From assembly GCA_963760795.1 (NCBI GenBank), contig CAVXEP010000020.1, positions 96,001 through 160,000 on the forward strand: a stretch of 64,000 nt of DNA, given 5' to 3'. This DNA comes from an uncultured delta proteobacterium. Lineage in GTDB: Bacteria > Desulfobacterota > Binatia > UBA9968. The notes beneath the pieces are model-generated. The model was not told the DNA's origin and made no database searches. It worked only from the letters and a program-made list of their open reading frames with translations. Numbering within the stretch: the stretch's first letter is position 1; every line of letters starts with the position of its first letter. The position numbers and the translations under genes are program-made. This document shows, one piece after another, positions 50,961-62,701 of the stretch.

Positions 50961-51232
50961 GGATTAGACTTTTGCCGATAGAGATAGCGGTCATGATTTA
51001 TCGCGAGGTCATGAGTACCGCTTTTAAACAGCCCGACAATGTCGCTGTGCAAGATGCGAGTCGACATCGGTTTGACTAGGGATGCGCCGACGCTTGGGCG
51101 TCGACTTAGCGAACTCGCTTTAACGATGTCTCGATCACGGTCAGCTTAACTCGTTGTTTGTTTTTGAGACGGACTTTTTCGAGCGGCTTGGAAAACTCCG
51201 TTCTCATACATCGCGTTAATGGCTCTTGCCAT
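50957..51232 (-). CDS. DUF104/AF2212-like antitoxin (frameshifted; missed by the ORF track)
   Basis: MARAINAMYENGVF, then PLEKVRLKNKQRVKLTVIE, ending IVGLFKSGTHDLAINHDRYLY; stop overlaps the vapC start (TTGA). Confidence 0.75.
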
Positions 51233-51302
51233 GAGTGACCTCGTTGGACGCTAGAGAATTGCATGAATCAAAGTCTATAGGCCGTTCCCGGATCTGTCAA
51301 AT

Positions 51303-51372
51303 ACAGCGAAGCAGATCGGCGTGACGATTCCGCCGGAGGTGCTGGCGCGCGCGAACAAGTTGATCAGATAAC
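51303..51372 (+). repeat. Direct repeat copy 2 (orphan gene tail TAKQIGVTIPPEVLARANKLIR*)
   Basis: Matches 50412-50481 with only synonymous differences. Confidence 0.95.
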
Positions 51373-51406
51373 AGAGATCAGAAGTCAGATCAGATAGAGG
51401 ACCGTC

Positions 51407-52409
51407 ATGAATCGATTATCCACCGCGAAAATTAGTCTGGCAAATTTTCTTCGCACTGTTCCTAATTATTCTCAACGCTCTCCCGGCGGCGAGCCAGGAC
51501 AAGCGCACCAAGGTACGAATCTCCAACGCCGGTCTGACCATCACCGCGCTGCCGCTATTGGCAGCGCGCGATTGGGGCACATTCAACGCCAATGGTCTCG
51601 ATGTTGAAATCATCGTCATGAGCCCACCCATCGGCGCCGCGGCGATGGCTCAGGGTGATATCGATTACGTCGCCGGCGTCGGGCCGGCATCGGTGGCCGC
51701 GACCCTCACCGGTTTGCCGTCGCGAGCGATTTGGTTTTCTTCGGATCGGATCTCCTACTGGATCCAGGCCGCGCCGCAGTACAAGACGCTGCAAGATCTC
51801 AAAGGCAAAAAGATCGCCCTCTCCGGCGGTGTCGGCGGCACCAACCATGTAGCGCTGACGATTGCGATGGAGAGATCCGGCTTCAACCCAAAAGACTATA
51901 CAATGGTCGCCATCCCCGGCCAGCAACTGCAGATTCTCTACTCCCTCGAATCCGGCTTCGTCGACGCCGCGCTGATGTCGCCGCCGCATATTTTCGCCGC
52001 GGCGAAAAAAGGCTTTAACAAGCTCATGGATGTCGGCGCCATGGTCGAGATGCCGGGCGGCGGATTGACGGCGATGGTGAAAACCATACAAGAGCGTCCC
52101 GCCGAAACACGACGCGTCATCCGCGCGCTGCAAGTCGCCAAAGATGAAGTGCGCAAGTCCAAACCCAAGACCGTCGAATTGATCATGCGGCTGTTGAAGA
52201 TGGACAGTCAGGGCGCGGCCGACACCTACGATGCGTTCCAGACGACACTTAACCCGAGCGGTATCCCCAATCGCCCCGGCATCGACAACCTGGTGCGCTC
52301 GCTCCAAGCCCAGGGCCGCTTCACCGACCGCAAAGTAAACTTCGCCGAAGTCGCCGACGACCGCTTGGCGACCGAAGTGGCTAAAGAATTGGGTTACAAA
52401 CTGCCGTAA
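51407..52409 (+). CDS. ABC substrate-binding protein, paralog of 48394-49395 (frameshift near 51450)
   Basis: AASQDKRTKVRISNAGLTITALPLLAARDW; VEMPGGG; DDRLATEVAKELGYK. Confidence 0.88.
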
Positions 52410-52446
52410 TGGTGAAATTCTGTTTCTGATATGAAGCAAAGAATCT

Positions 52447-52517
52447 CACCACGAAGTTCACGAAGGACACGAAGGTTCCAGATAGTTTTTTCTCCGAACT
52501 TCGTGCCCTTCGTGGTG
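52447..52517. repeat. CACGAAG-unit periodic palindrome
   Basis: CACCACGAAGTTCACGAAGGACACGAAG...CTTCGTGCCCTTCGTGGTG. Confidence 0.8.
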
Positions 52518-52547
52518 TAAAAAACTGTCTGCAAATAAGAGAGTGCC

Positions 52548-53941
52548 ATGGAAACAATTCAAACTGATATTCTTATCGTCGGCGCCGGCTTGGCAGGCTT
52601 CACCGCCGCGGTGCGCGCAGCGGAGCAAGGCGCCAAGGTTTTGCTCGTCGACAAAAGCCACGGCGAGCTGGGCGACGGCAACGTCTTGATGGCGTCGGGC
52701 AGTCTGCGCGCCGGCGGCAAGAGTCCAAAAACCGGCGCTCAAGAGCTCTACGACTTCGTCATGGCCGAAGGCGTCGGTTATCCCGACCTGGTAAACTCCT
52801 GGTCGCAGACCTGCGGCCGGGCCATCGACTGGTTACAGACCGTCGGTGTCGCCATCGAAGAAACCGCGCCGGGAAGAATCTGGCTCAACCAGAAGAGCGA
52901 AATCTCCTTTGGACCTGTCTACAAAAAAGATGTCGGCCCGCGCGCCATCGCGAGTCTCAAGCAGCGATTTCTCAGTCTCGGCGGCAGTTATCTCAACGGC
53001 ATCGAAGGCGTCAGCCTGATCGTTGAAAATAACCGAGTCGTCGGCCTGATCGGCAAACGCGACGGCGAGTCCGTCGAACTCCGCGCCCGCGCGACAATTC
53101 TTTCCACCGGCGGCTTCGCCGCCAACAAAGAACTCGTCAAGCAATACATCGGCGCCCACGCCGACCGCTGCAAATTGCGCGGCTCCAAGCAGGACACCGG
53201 CGATGGTCTGCGCATGGCGCTGGAAGTCGGCGCCAAGGCGGTCAACCTGAAATATTTCTACGGCCACCTGATCGCGCGCAAAGCGCTCACCGACGACCGC
53301 TTCTGGCCCTATCCGCGTTTGGACTCTTTCGTCGATGAAGGAGTTTTAGTCGATGGCAACGGCAACCGCTTTGTCGACGAAGGCCGCGGCGATGTCGCCG
53401 TCGCCAACGAGCTTTCCCGCACCGACGATCCCACCGGCGCGACTTTGATCTTCGACGGCGAATCATGGGCAGCGTCGAAGAGTTCGCCGTCTTCGACATC
53501 ATTGGCAATCCCCGCGCCCAATCCCTGGATCCTCGACAATGGCGGCGAGTTATTTTGCGACGACACGGTTGCAGGCTTAGCGAAAAAACTCGGCGTCGAT
53601 GCCGCCAACTTGAGTCAAACCATCGAGGCGTACAATCGCGCCGTCAGCGCGACCGACGCTCAAATACATTGCCGGTGGCGCGCACGGGCAAACCGAAAGT
53701 GCTGCGCGCGCCCTTCTACGGCCTGCGGGTGGTCTCCGGCATCACTTTCACCATGGGCGGGATTGCCATCGACGGCAAAGGCCAAGCGCTCAATCAAAGC
53801 GACCAACCGATCGCCGGCCTCTTCGCCGCCGGCGACGCCATCGGCGGACTCATGGGCGGTTACCGCGGCGGCTACACCGGCGGTCTGATGCAAGCGATCG
53901 TGACTGGAATATTGGCCGGCGAAAACGCCGGTAGTCGTTAG
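52548..53941 (+). CDS. FAD-dependent oxidoreductase, FAD_binding_2 (TcuA/fumarate-reductase-like; frameshift near 53665)
   Basis: IVGAGLAG, LSTGGF, TGDGLRMA, GNRFVDE, TFTMGG, GLFAAGD. Confidence 0.88.
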
Positions 53942-53975
53942 TGAATGTGTCACAATTCGAGGAAACCCCATTGCA

Positions 53976-54058
53976 GTCATGCTGAGCATGAAGCGAAGCA
54001 TCTCGTCTTAATCAGCCACTTACAGTGACGAGATTCCTCGGCTTCACCTCGGAATGAC
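53976..54058. repeat. GTCAT...ATGAC palindromic element
   Basis: GTCATGCTGAGC..GAAGCATCTCG...CGAGATTCCTCGG..CTCGGAATGAC. Confidence 0.7.
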
Positions 54059-54095
54059 CAATTAAGACGCAGTCTCCTAGGGAAAAAATAGAGAC

Positions 54096-55088
54096 ATGAT
54101 GCTCCAAGCGCTCGGCAGAATCTTCCTTGTGCTGCTTCTTTGCGCCAAGCTCGGATTGGCGTCGAACCGATCCATGCCCAGGATTCCAGAACCAAAATCC
54201 GAATTTCCAACTCGGCATTGAGCGTCACTTCGCTCGCTCTGCTCGCCGCGCGGGATTGGAAACTATTTCAGGAACGCGGCCTCGATGTGGAAATCATTCT
54301 CATGTCGCCGGCGCTGACCGTGCCGGCGATGATCTCCGGCGACATCGATTACTTCGCCGGTGTCGGTCCCGGCGTGGTCAGCGCCAGTCTCGGCGGCTTG
54401 CCGTTTCGCGCCGTCTGGGTCTCCTCCGACCGAGTTTCCTACTCGCTGGTGGCCCATGCGAAATTCAAGACGCTGCAAGAGTTAAGAGGCAAAAAGATCG
54501 GCGTCACCGGCAGCCTCGGCGCGACCAATCACGTCTCGCTGGTTATCGCACTTGGAGAAACTCGGCATCTCACCGAAGGAATTTAACATCTTAGCGCTGC
54601 CGCCGCAGGAGATGCTGCGCTCCCTCGAAAGTGGCTTTCTCGACGCCGCGTCGCTCAATCCGCCGACGTTGTTCATGGCACAGAAGAAAGGCTTTGCAAA
54701 TATTCTCGACATCGGCGCGCTGGTCGAGATGCCCGGCGGAGGACTCACCGTCCTGGCCAAAGACATCAAAGCCAAACCCGATGAAGTAAAGCGGGTGATT
54801 CGCGCCATGCAGGGGGCGAAAGAGATCATGCGCAAGTCGAAAGAGAAAAGCGTCGAGCTAATGACGCGGATTTTAAAAATGGATCAGGAAACCGCGGTGA
54901 GTACCTATGAAGTTTTTTTGAAAACCCTCAGCCCCGACGGCATCCCGTCCCGCGCCGGCATGGAGAATCTCGTCAAGTCGATCCAAGCTCAAGGCCGCTT
55001 CGTCGATAAGAAACCGGCGTTTAGTGATCTAGCCGACGATCGTCTGGCGCGGGAAGTGGCTAAAGAATTAGGTTACAAGGTTCAATAG
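54096..55088 (+). CDS. ABC substrate-binding protein, third paralog (frameshifts near 54165 and 54560)
   Basis: HAQDSRTKIRISNSALSVTSL, GDIDYFAGVGP, VEMPGGG, DDRLAREVAKELGYK. Confidence 0.87.
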
Positions 55089-55130
55089 GCGAGCGACAAA
55101 CGTTTCGTTCCGGGTTCACTGAAAAGGCAC

Positions 55131-55169
55131 AAAAAGTTAGGCCGCCGGATTGGAATTCCGGCGGCCTAA
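55131..55169 (-). terminator. Intrinsic terminator, possibly bidirectional
   Basis: 13-bp stem TTAGGCCGCCGGA/TCCGGCGGCCTAA with an A-run on its left (U-tract on the minus strand). Confidence 0.8.
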
Positions 55170-55208
55170 TCGTGTTGTTAGTTAGCGGCGATCGTGGTCG
55201 TCATGCTC

Positions 55209-55532
55209 TCAGTCGCGACGATCCCAGCCACGATTGGAATTCCAGGAGTATCGGTTATCACGCTCGATCTCATCCAAAATCGCCTGAATCTCCGCGCGAT
55301 CCTGAGCTATGCGATATCGGCTAGCGTTCTGGCGCAGGTCATAGGCGAGCCTCGCCCTGGCTGCTTCCAATCGGGCGTAGTCGGCGCGCAACTCGCTGCG
55401 GTCCGATCGGCCGAAATAAGGGCGCTCCCGGCCATAACTGTGCCAAGGACTATCAGATACCGCACACCCGGATGAGGCCATCAACGCTCCTGCCATTAGG
55501 CCACCCATTACCAGGGTTTTTATACGGCTCAT
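55209..55532 (-). CDS. Small putative lipoprotein, Arg/Asp-rich and helical
   Basis: RBS AAGGAG; MSRIKTLVMGGLMAGALMASSG-C lipobox; own terminator. Confidence 0.65.
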   Translation of the reverse strand: MSRIKTLVMGGLMAGALMASSGCAVSDSPWHSYGRERPYFGRSDRSELRADYARLEAARARLAYDLRQNASRYRIAQDRAEIQAILDEIERDNRYSWNSNRGWDRRD

Positions 55533-55680
55533 CGTCAATCTCCTTTTGTTAGTGGTTTCCACCATCCGCCTCCAATCCTCTTACCTACTTAGACGCGTAA
55601 GGTGCAAAAAGTTTACACGCTGGCCATCAATCGGCCCATAAACGGCACTTGCAGCTCCAAGATGGCGATAACATGCCAAT

Positions 55681-55710
55681 AAAAAAGGGATGCAGCTTTC
55701 TGCATCCCTT
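55681..55710 (-). terminator. Intrinsic terminator
   Basis: AAGGGATGCAG-cttt-CTGCATCCCTT preceded by an A-run; lies downstream of the cupin gene. Confidence 0.75.
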
Positions 55711-55809
55711 GGCGTCCGTTTTTGACCGGCGATGAATGCCGGCGGAGTAGCGATAACTTGTGTGTTCAGCCGCGTCCCATGGACCGGCACGATTCACATG
55801 TCGTTGTCA

Positions 55810-56799
55810 TCACTCGCCCTCTTCCCGATACAACGCCAGCGCTTCGGTCGATGGCCGGTCGCTGATCGAAAACAGGATAGCGTCGTCGCTCATGGGATTC
55901 TCGTGGGAGTGCCACATCCACGACGGCACGACGAAGATATCGCCCTGCTTCCAGGAGAATTCATTGGCCGACACTTTGGCCGTCCCTTGGCCGCGGAAGG
56001 CATAGTAAACCGTCGTACTGGTGTGGCGATGCGACTTGGTTTTTTCCTTGGGCCGCAGCAGTTGGATCGAACAGGAGCAGGTCGGCAGAGTGTGCCCGCC
56101 GTCCACCGGATTGGTATATTCCAAGAGAATGCCGTCGTAGGGATCGCCGGCGCTCTCTTTGAGCGCTTGCAAAGCAGCGTTGGTCTCGTCCCAGGGATAC
56201 CGGTAGGGCGGCGCTTGAAATTCATTCTTCACCCAGCTCGGCCGGGTATGGGAAAATACCTTCGACGACAGATTGTCGGGCTTTTCCAGCGGCTGCTGCT
56301 CTTTTTTGAAATTCTCTTGGATCATCGCGCCAAAGTGGGTCACTAGCCGCACATCCAAACCATCGAGCCACATCACCGGCTCGGTGGAATTGTTGAAGTG
56401 ATCATGCCAAGTCCAGTTGGGTGTGGTGATGAAATCGCCTTCGAACATCGGGAAGCGCTCGCCCTCGACGACGGTGTAAGCGTCGGAAGTGCCTTTAACG
56501 ACAAAGCGGATCGCCGCCGCGGTGTGGCGGTGCGCCGCAGCGATCTCGCCGGGCTTCACCAGCTGCACCGAGATATGCACGGTGTTGGTCATGCCGGCGG
56601 ACAGTCCCGGATTGCGCATCTGAACTGTCCGCCGCCCGGCCTCGCCGGTGGTGATCAGCTCGCCGGACCAGTTGAGCGCTTGCATGATCTCTTCGCCGTT
56701 CCACAAACAGGGCTTAACCGTCTGCGACCATTCCGAGTGTTCCCAATGGCCCTTTAAATTCCGCTCTTTCATCCACTGACTGAGTTCTTGCAGATCCAT
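55810..56799 (-). CDS. Gentisate 1,2-dioxygenase-like bicupin
   Basis: RRTVQMRNPG, AAAHRHTAAAIRF, TPNWTWHDH, WLDGLD, YTNPVDGG, SHRHT, VPSWMWH. Confidence 0.9.
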   Translation of the reverse strand: MDLQELSQWMKERNLKGHWEHSEWSQTVKPCLWNGEEIMQALNWSGELITTGEAGRRTVQMRNPGLSAGMTNTVHISVQLVKPGEIAAAHRHTAAAIRFVVKGTSDAYTVVEGERFPMFEGDFITTPNWTWHDHFNNSTEPVMWLDGLDVRLVTHFGAMIQENFKKEQQPLEKPDNLSSKVFSHTRPSWVKNEFQAPPYRYPWDETNAALQALKESAGDPYDGILLEYTNPVDGGHTLPTCSCSIQLLRPKEKTKSHRHTSTTVYYAFRGQGTAKVSANEFSWKQGDIFVVPSWMWHSHENPMSDDAILFSISDRPSTEALALYREEGE

Positions 56800-57068
56800 A
56801 GCTTCCTCCCGTGCCGACCAGCGTTACCCTTGAGCTTGTTCAATACAAACGGCGCGCTGCGCTGTCAAGTCAAGCGCATCAGGCAATAGCGCAGTTGAGC
56901 CACAAGAAAGAGCAGGAAGGTTCACCACAAAGTACATGGTTCGACGACGCTCACCACAGACTACGATCATAGAGATCAAGATTGGGATTCGGAATGTTGG
57001 CCGCAAAGAACGCAAATAGGATTCGGATAAGAATATAGATTGACAGGCTAAGACGACTGTGGAAACTG

Positions 57069-58327
57069 ATGCCAGTTATGAAAGGCTATTGGTTCAGGGG
57101 AGGCTTTCTCTGGCTTCGATCAGTCGGCCTACTCGGCCTTTTGATATTTTCCGGTTGCTTGATCGACCGGATCGGCGGTGCGTTCACGCAAAAGCCCGAG
57201 GATCTCGAACAAAAAGCTGCGGACGCAACTAAAAAACTCATCGACCATGCCTTCGATGACATCGACCCGGCCCGGCTCGTCGACTTCCACACCCATGTGA
57301 TCGCCATCGGCACCAGCGTCAAAGACGCGTTTATCAATTCGAAGATGCGCAGCGGAATAAATCTGCAACGGTTCAAGTTTCTCATCTACGCCAGCGCCGC
57401 CGATGTCAAGAACTTCGACAACGCGGATCAAGAATACCTGACTCGCCTGGTCCGCCTCGCGCGCTCGACCAAACGCCAAGGCAAATACCGCATCCTGGCG
57501 TTCGACAAACACTACACGACCCGACGGCACAGTAGATTTGACCAAGACCACCATGTATGTGCCCAACGATTACGTCGTCGAGCTGGCGCGCCAGTACGCC
57601 GATGTGTTTCTACCGGTGATTTCGCTGCACCCGTATCGACCGGACGCGATCGACGAATTGGACAGATGGGGCAAGGCGGGCGTGAAGTACATAAAATGGC
57701 TGCCCAACGCCATGGGCATGGACCCGGCGAATAAAGCCATCGAGCCGTTTTACCGCAAGATGAAAGAACACAACATGATCCTCTTGTCCCACGGCGGCGA
57801 CGAGCAAGCGGTCGAAGCCGAGGAGGATCAAAAACTCGGCAATCCGCTGAGACTGCGCAAACCATTGGACATGGGCATCCGGGTCATCATCGCTCACGCC
57901 GCCAGCCTCGGCAGCTGCGCCGATCTCGACAGCGGCGGAGACAAGAAAGCCAACTGCTTCGATCTATTTCCTGCGTTTGATGGATGAAGCGAAATATCGC
58001 GGCTTGCTCTTCGGCGAGATCTCGGCGATGCTGCAATTCAATCGCATGCCCGGGCCATTCTCGACGCTGCTCAAACGCCAAGACCTGCACCCACGCCTGG
58101 TCAACGGCAGCGATTACCCGTTGCCGGCGATCAATGCGTTGATTCGCACAAGGTCGCTGGCCAGCGACGGATTTATCACCGGCGAAGAGCGCACCGCGCT
58201 CAATGAGATCTATGATTACAACCCGCTGCTGTTCGATTTCGTCTTGAAGCGCACCATGCGCCATCCGGAAACCAAGCAAAAGCTCGCGCCATCGGTGTTC
58301 ATGGAAAATCCCGGGCTGGAGAACTGA
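57069..58327 (+). CDS. Amidohydrolase family lipoprotein (frameshifts near 57515 and 57975)
   Basis: Lipobox FSGC; DFHTH; SLHPYR; KWLP; LSHGG; IIAHAA; NGSDYP. Confidence 0.85.
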
Positions 58328-58334
58328 CGAAGCG

Positions 58335-58400
58335 TTGGAGTAATAGAGTACTGGAGTGATGGACTGGTCCGAAAAACCCATTACTCCGACACTCCATTCT
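58335..58400. repeat. TGGAGT-unit periodic palindrome
   Basis: TTGGAGTAATAGAGTACTGGAGTGATGG...CCATTACTCCGACACTCCA, between convergent genes. Confidence 0.75.
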
Positions 58401-58403
58401 TCG

Positions 58404-59633
<1,230 letters not shown>

Positions 59634-59742
59634 GATTCGTTCCCCTGTAATGGCGGTAGCGTATCAGCGCGATGTCATGTCTCGTTACCCGTCATATCAC
59701 CTAGTATCTCAGAAAATTATTTCTCAGCAATCGAGGTTCACC

Positions 59743-59883
59743 ATGGTACAGGCGAAGAAAGCGACTGTCCAAACTGGCGAATTCTTTTCGATCTTAAAGC
59801 CGTCAGGGTGCGGCAAGTCACCATTGCTCAGAATCATCAGCGGGCTGCGTTTGCGGCTCGGCCCCGCTCGACCAATACCTTGA
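59743..59883 (+). pseudogene. Degenerate fragment of an ABC ATPase N-terminus
   Basis: VQTGEFFSILKPSGCGKSPLLRIISGL versus VQSGEFFSIIGPSGCGKSTLLRIIGGL in 60034-60828. Confidence 0.7.
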
Positions 59884-59939
59884 CTTATCCCTGACTAATC
59901 TTTCTCCCGATCCGCCTCTCACACGCCTCTCGTTTCTCC

Positions 59940-59968
59940 TTGACGCCCCCCAACTTTCCGCCTATTTT
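59940..59968 (+). promoter_or_regulatory. Sigma70-like promoter
   Basis: TTGACG-N17-TATTTT about 65 nt before ATG 60034. Confidence 0.45.
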
Positions 59969-60033
59969 AAGCCACCTTATCTCGGAGGCCAGTTTTGCGG
60001 CTACGAAGCAACACACCAATTTAAAACTCATTC

Positions 60034-60828
60034 ATGACGATCTTAACCCTGCGCAACGTCAACAAAGTCTTTGGCGACCCCGACAACGGGGCGGCGTTGG
60101 TGCCGGCGGTGGACAATGTTTCTCTCGACGTCCAGTCCGGAGAGTTTTTTTCGATCATCGGACCTTCGGGTTGCGGCAAGTCGACACTACTCCGAATCAT
60201 CGGCGGCTTGATTCCGGCAACTTCCGGCGAATTGACCGTGGGAACAGAGAGAGTCACCGGCCCGCATCCTTGGCTTGGCATGGTGTTCCAAGAGGAGTCG
60301 ACCTTCCCCTGGCGCACGACGTTAGGCAACGTTGAGTTCGGCTTGGAAATGCGCGGCGTGGCGCCGGATGAGCGGCGGCGCAAGGCCAAGGAAATGATCG
60401 GTCTGGTCGGCTTGTCGGGATTTGACGAGCGTTATCCGTCGGAACTCTCCGGCGGCATGAAGCAGCGGGTCGCCATCGCCCGCGCGCTGGTGCTCGAGCC
60501 CAAGATCCTGCTGATGGACGAACCCTTCGGTGCCCTCGACGAGCAGACGCGCATCATTCTCGGCGAAGAGCTCATGCGCATTCGCGATCAGTTGAAGCAA
60601 ACGATTATTCTGGTAACCCACAATATCAACGAGTCGGTGCAGCTTTCCGACCGGGTCATGATCATGACCGCCCGGCCGGGCCGGGTAAAAGAAATCGTCG
60701 CCATCGACTTGCCGCAGCCGCGCGACTCGTCGATCATCGCTTCGGACCGCTTCGGCAAATTGGTCGCGCAGGTCTGGAACGCGCTCCGAGAAGAATCGAT
60801 CAAGAGTTTCAAACAGCAAAACATTTAA
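60034..60828 (+). CDS. ABC ATP-binding protein, SsuB/TauB type
   Basis: GPSGCGKS, LSGGMKQR, LLMDEPF. Confidence 0.95.
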   Translation: MTILTLRNVNKVFGDPDNGAALVPAVDNVSLDVQSGEFFSIIGPSGCGKSTLLRIIGGLIPATSGELTVGTERVTGPHPWLGMVFQEESTFPWRTTLGNVEFGLEMRGVAPDERRRKAKEMIGLVGLSGFDERYPSELSGGMKQRVAIARALVLEPKILLMDEPFGALDEQTRIILGEELMRIRDQLKQTIILVTHNINESVQLSDRVMIMTARPGRVKEIVAIDLPQPRDSSIIASDRFGKLVAQVWNALREESIKSFKQQNI

Positions 60829-60840
60829 GGAGAATCCGCC

Positions 60841-61846
60841 ATGAACAAATATTTATCGCAGTTCGGCAAATGGCTCGTGATCGCGGGCGCGGCCTTCTTC
60901 GCTGTCACCGCCGCGTCCTCCGCCTGGGCGGCCGCCGCGCGCACGAAAATCATCGTCGTCGTGCCCCATCGGATTCTGTTCACCGTCGCCCTGCCGGTCT
61001 ACATCGCCCAGGAAAAAGGCTTTTACCGCGACGCCAATCTCGACGTCGACGCCGTGTTTACCCGCGGTGGCGGCGAGAACGTGCAAGCGGTGGTCTCGGG
61101 CGACGCGCAGATCGGTCTCGGCACCGGCACCTTGGCGGTGATCAGCGCGTTCGTAAAAAAGGCGCCGGTCAAAATCGCCGCCGCTGAGATCACCGGCATG
61201 GACGCCTTCTGGTACGTGCCGGCAAACACTCCGATGCGCAAGCTCGAAGATCTCGCGGGTAAAAAAGTCGCTTACAGCCGTCCCGGCGCTTCGAGCCACA
61301 TGGCGGTCTTGGGAATCGCGGAACAGATCAAGGCAAAGGGATTGAAACCCGCCGAGCCGGTTTCGCTCGGAGGTATCCCAGAAGTCTATACGGCTCTGCG
61401 CACCGGTCAGACCGACGCCGCCTGGTCGGTAGCGCCGTTCCAGTTGGACCGCGTCGAGAAAGGCGAGCTTCGCGTCGTCGTCAAAGGCGATGAGATCGTA
61501 TCGATGCGCGATCAGTCGGCTCGGGTGCATTTTACCAACAACGATTTTGCCGCGAAGAACCCCGACGTCGTGCGCGGTTTTTTCCGCGCCCAGCAGCGCG
61601 CCCTCGACTACATGTTCGCGAATAAAGAGGAAACCGCCAAGATATGGATTCGCCGCGCTGAACTTAAATTTCCCGAATCCGCCGTGCTCGCCACCTGGGA
61701 CTACTACAACCGGGCAGCGATGAATTTGAAACCGATCCGCGGCCTGCAAACGATCATCGACGACGGCATCAGAAACAAATTTCTTAAACGCGCCGCTGAC
61801 GCCGGCGGAGCTCAACGCCCTAGTCGACCTGAGCTTCCTGCCGTAG
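60841..61846 (+). CDS. ABC substrate-binding protein, SsuA/NMT1-like (frameshift near 61790)
   Basis: YIAQEKGFY..LDV..TRGGG; reconstructed end LTPAELNALVDLSFLP*. Confidence 0.88.
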
Positions 61847-61875
61847 GAACGGGAAGAAGCAGAATCAAGAGGATT

Positions 61876-61937
61876 GGCCGCAAAAAACGCAAAAGCCGCA
61901 TAGAGATTCCTTTGCGAACTTTGCGTCCTTTGCGGCC
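61876..61937. repeat. CGCAAA-unit periodic palindrome
   Basis: GGCCGCAAAAAACGCAAAAGCCGCA...TTTGCGAACTTTGCGTCCTTTGCGGCC. Confidence 0.75.
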
Positions 61938-61952
61938 GACACAGTCCGAATC

Positions 61953-62699
61953 ATGTCTGAAAGCACGAGACTCACCGCCTGGCGGCTGGGCATTATCTTC
62001 GGCGCGCTCTTGCTCGTCGAAACCGCGGTGCGCGGCGGCTGGATCAGCACGTTTTTTCTCGCCGCGCCGACGCGCGCGGTCATCGTGCTCTGGCAACAAC
62101 TGTTGCATGGCAATGCGCTCTCGCTAACCGGCATCACGCTTTTCGAGATCGCCGCCTGTCTGGTCATTTCCACCATCTTCGGCGTCCTTGCCGGCTTCAT
62201 TCTCTGGCGCTACAAGCTCATCGGGACCAGTTACGAAATGCCGCTCGCCGCGCTCTTCTCCTCGCCGATCATTCTTGCTTACCCGATCTTTCTCGTTACC
62301 TTCGGCCGCACCAGCGCCGCGGTGATCGCGCTGTCGTCGATCTTCGGCTTGATTCCGATCATCATGAACACCAAAGGGGCTTTTCAGAACGTCAATCCGA
62401 TCTTGCTGCAGGTCGGCGCCAGCATGAATCTGTCGCGCCAGCAGATGTTCCGCCATATCTTGATCCCCGCCGTCGCGCCGACGATCTTCAGCGGCTTTCG
62501 TTTGGCGCTCACCTATATTTTGAAATCGGTTCTCGGCCTGGAATATGTCGCTCAGGTCGGCGGCGTCGGCATGTGGCTGTCCGACGCGTCGTACAAGTTC
62601 GAAATCGAAGAAGTCTACGCCGGCCTGTTCGGCACCATCTCGCTGTCGATTTTGTTTCTGTATTTAATCAACCGTTGCGAACTTTGGTTCAGGAAGTAA
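61953..62699 (+). CDS. ABC permease
   Basis: TM segments; PTIFSGFRL. Confidence 0.88.
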   Translation: MSESTRLTAWRLGIIFGALLLVETAVRGGWISTFFLAAPTRAVIVLWQQLLHGNALSLTGITLFEIAACLVISTIFGVLAGFILWRYKLIGTSYEMPLAALFSSPIILAYPIFLVTFGRTSAAVIALSSIFGLIPIIMNTKGAFQNVNPILLQVGASMNLSRQQMFRHILIPAVAPTIFSGFRLALTYILKSVLGLEYVAQVGGVGMWLSDASYKFEIEEVYAGLFGTISLSILFLYLINRCELWFRK

Positions 62700-62701
62700 C
62701 C

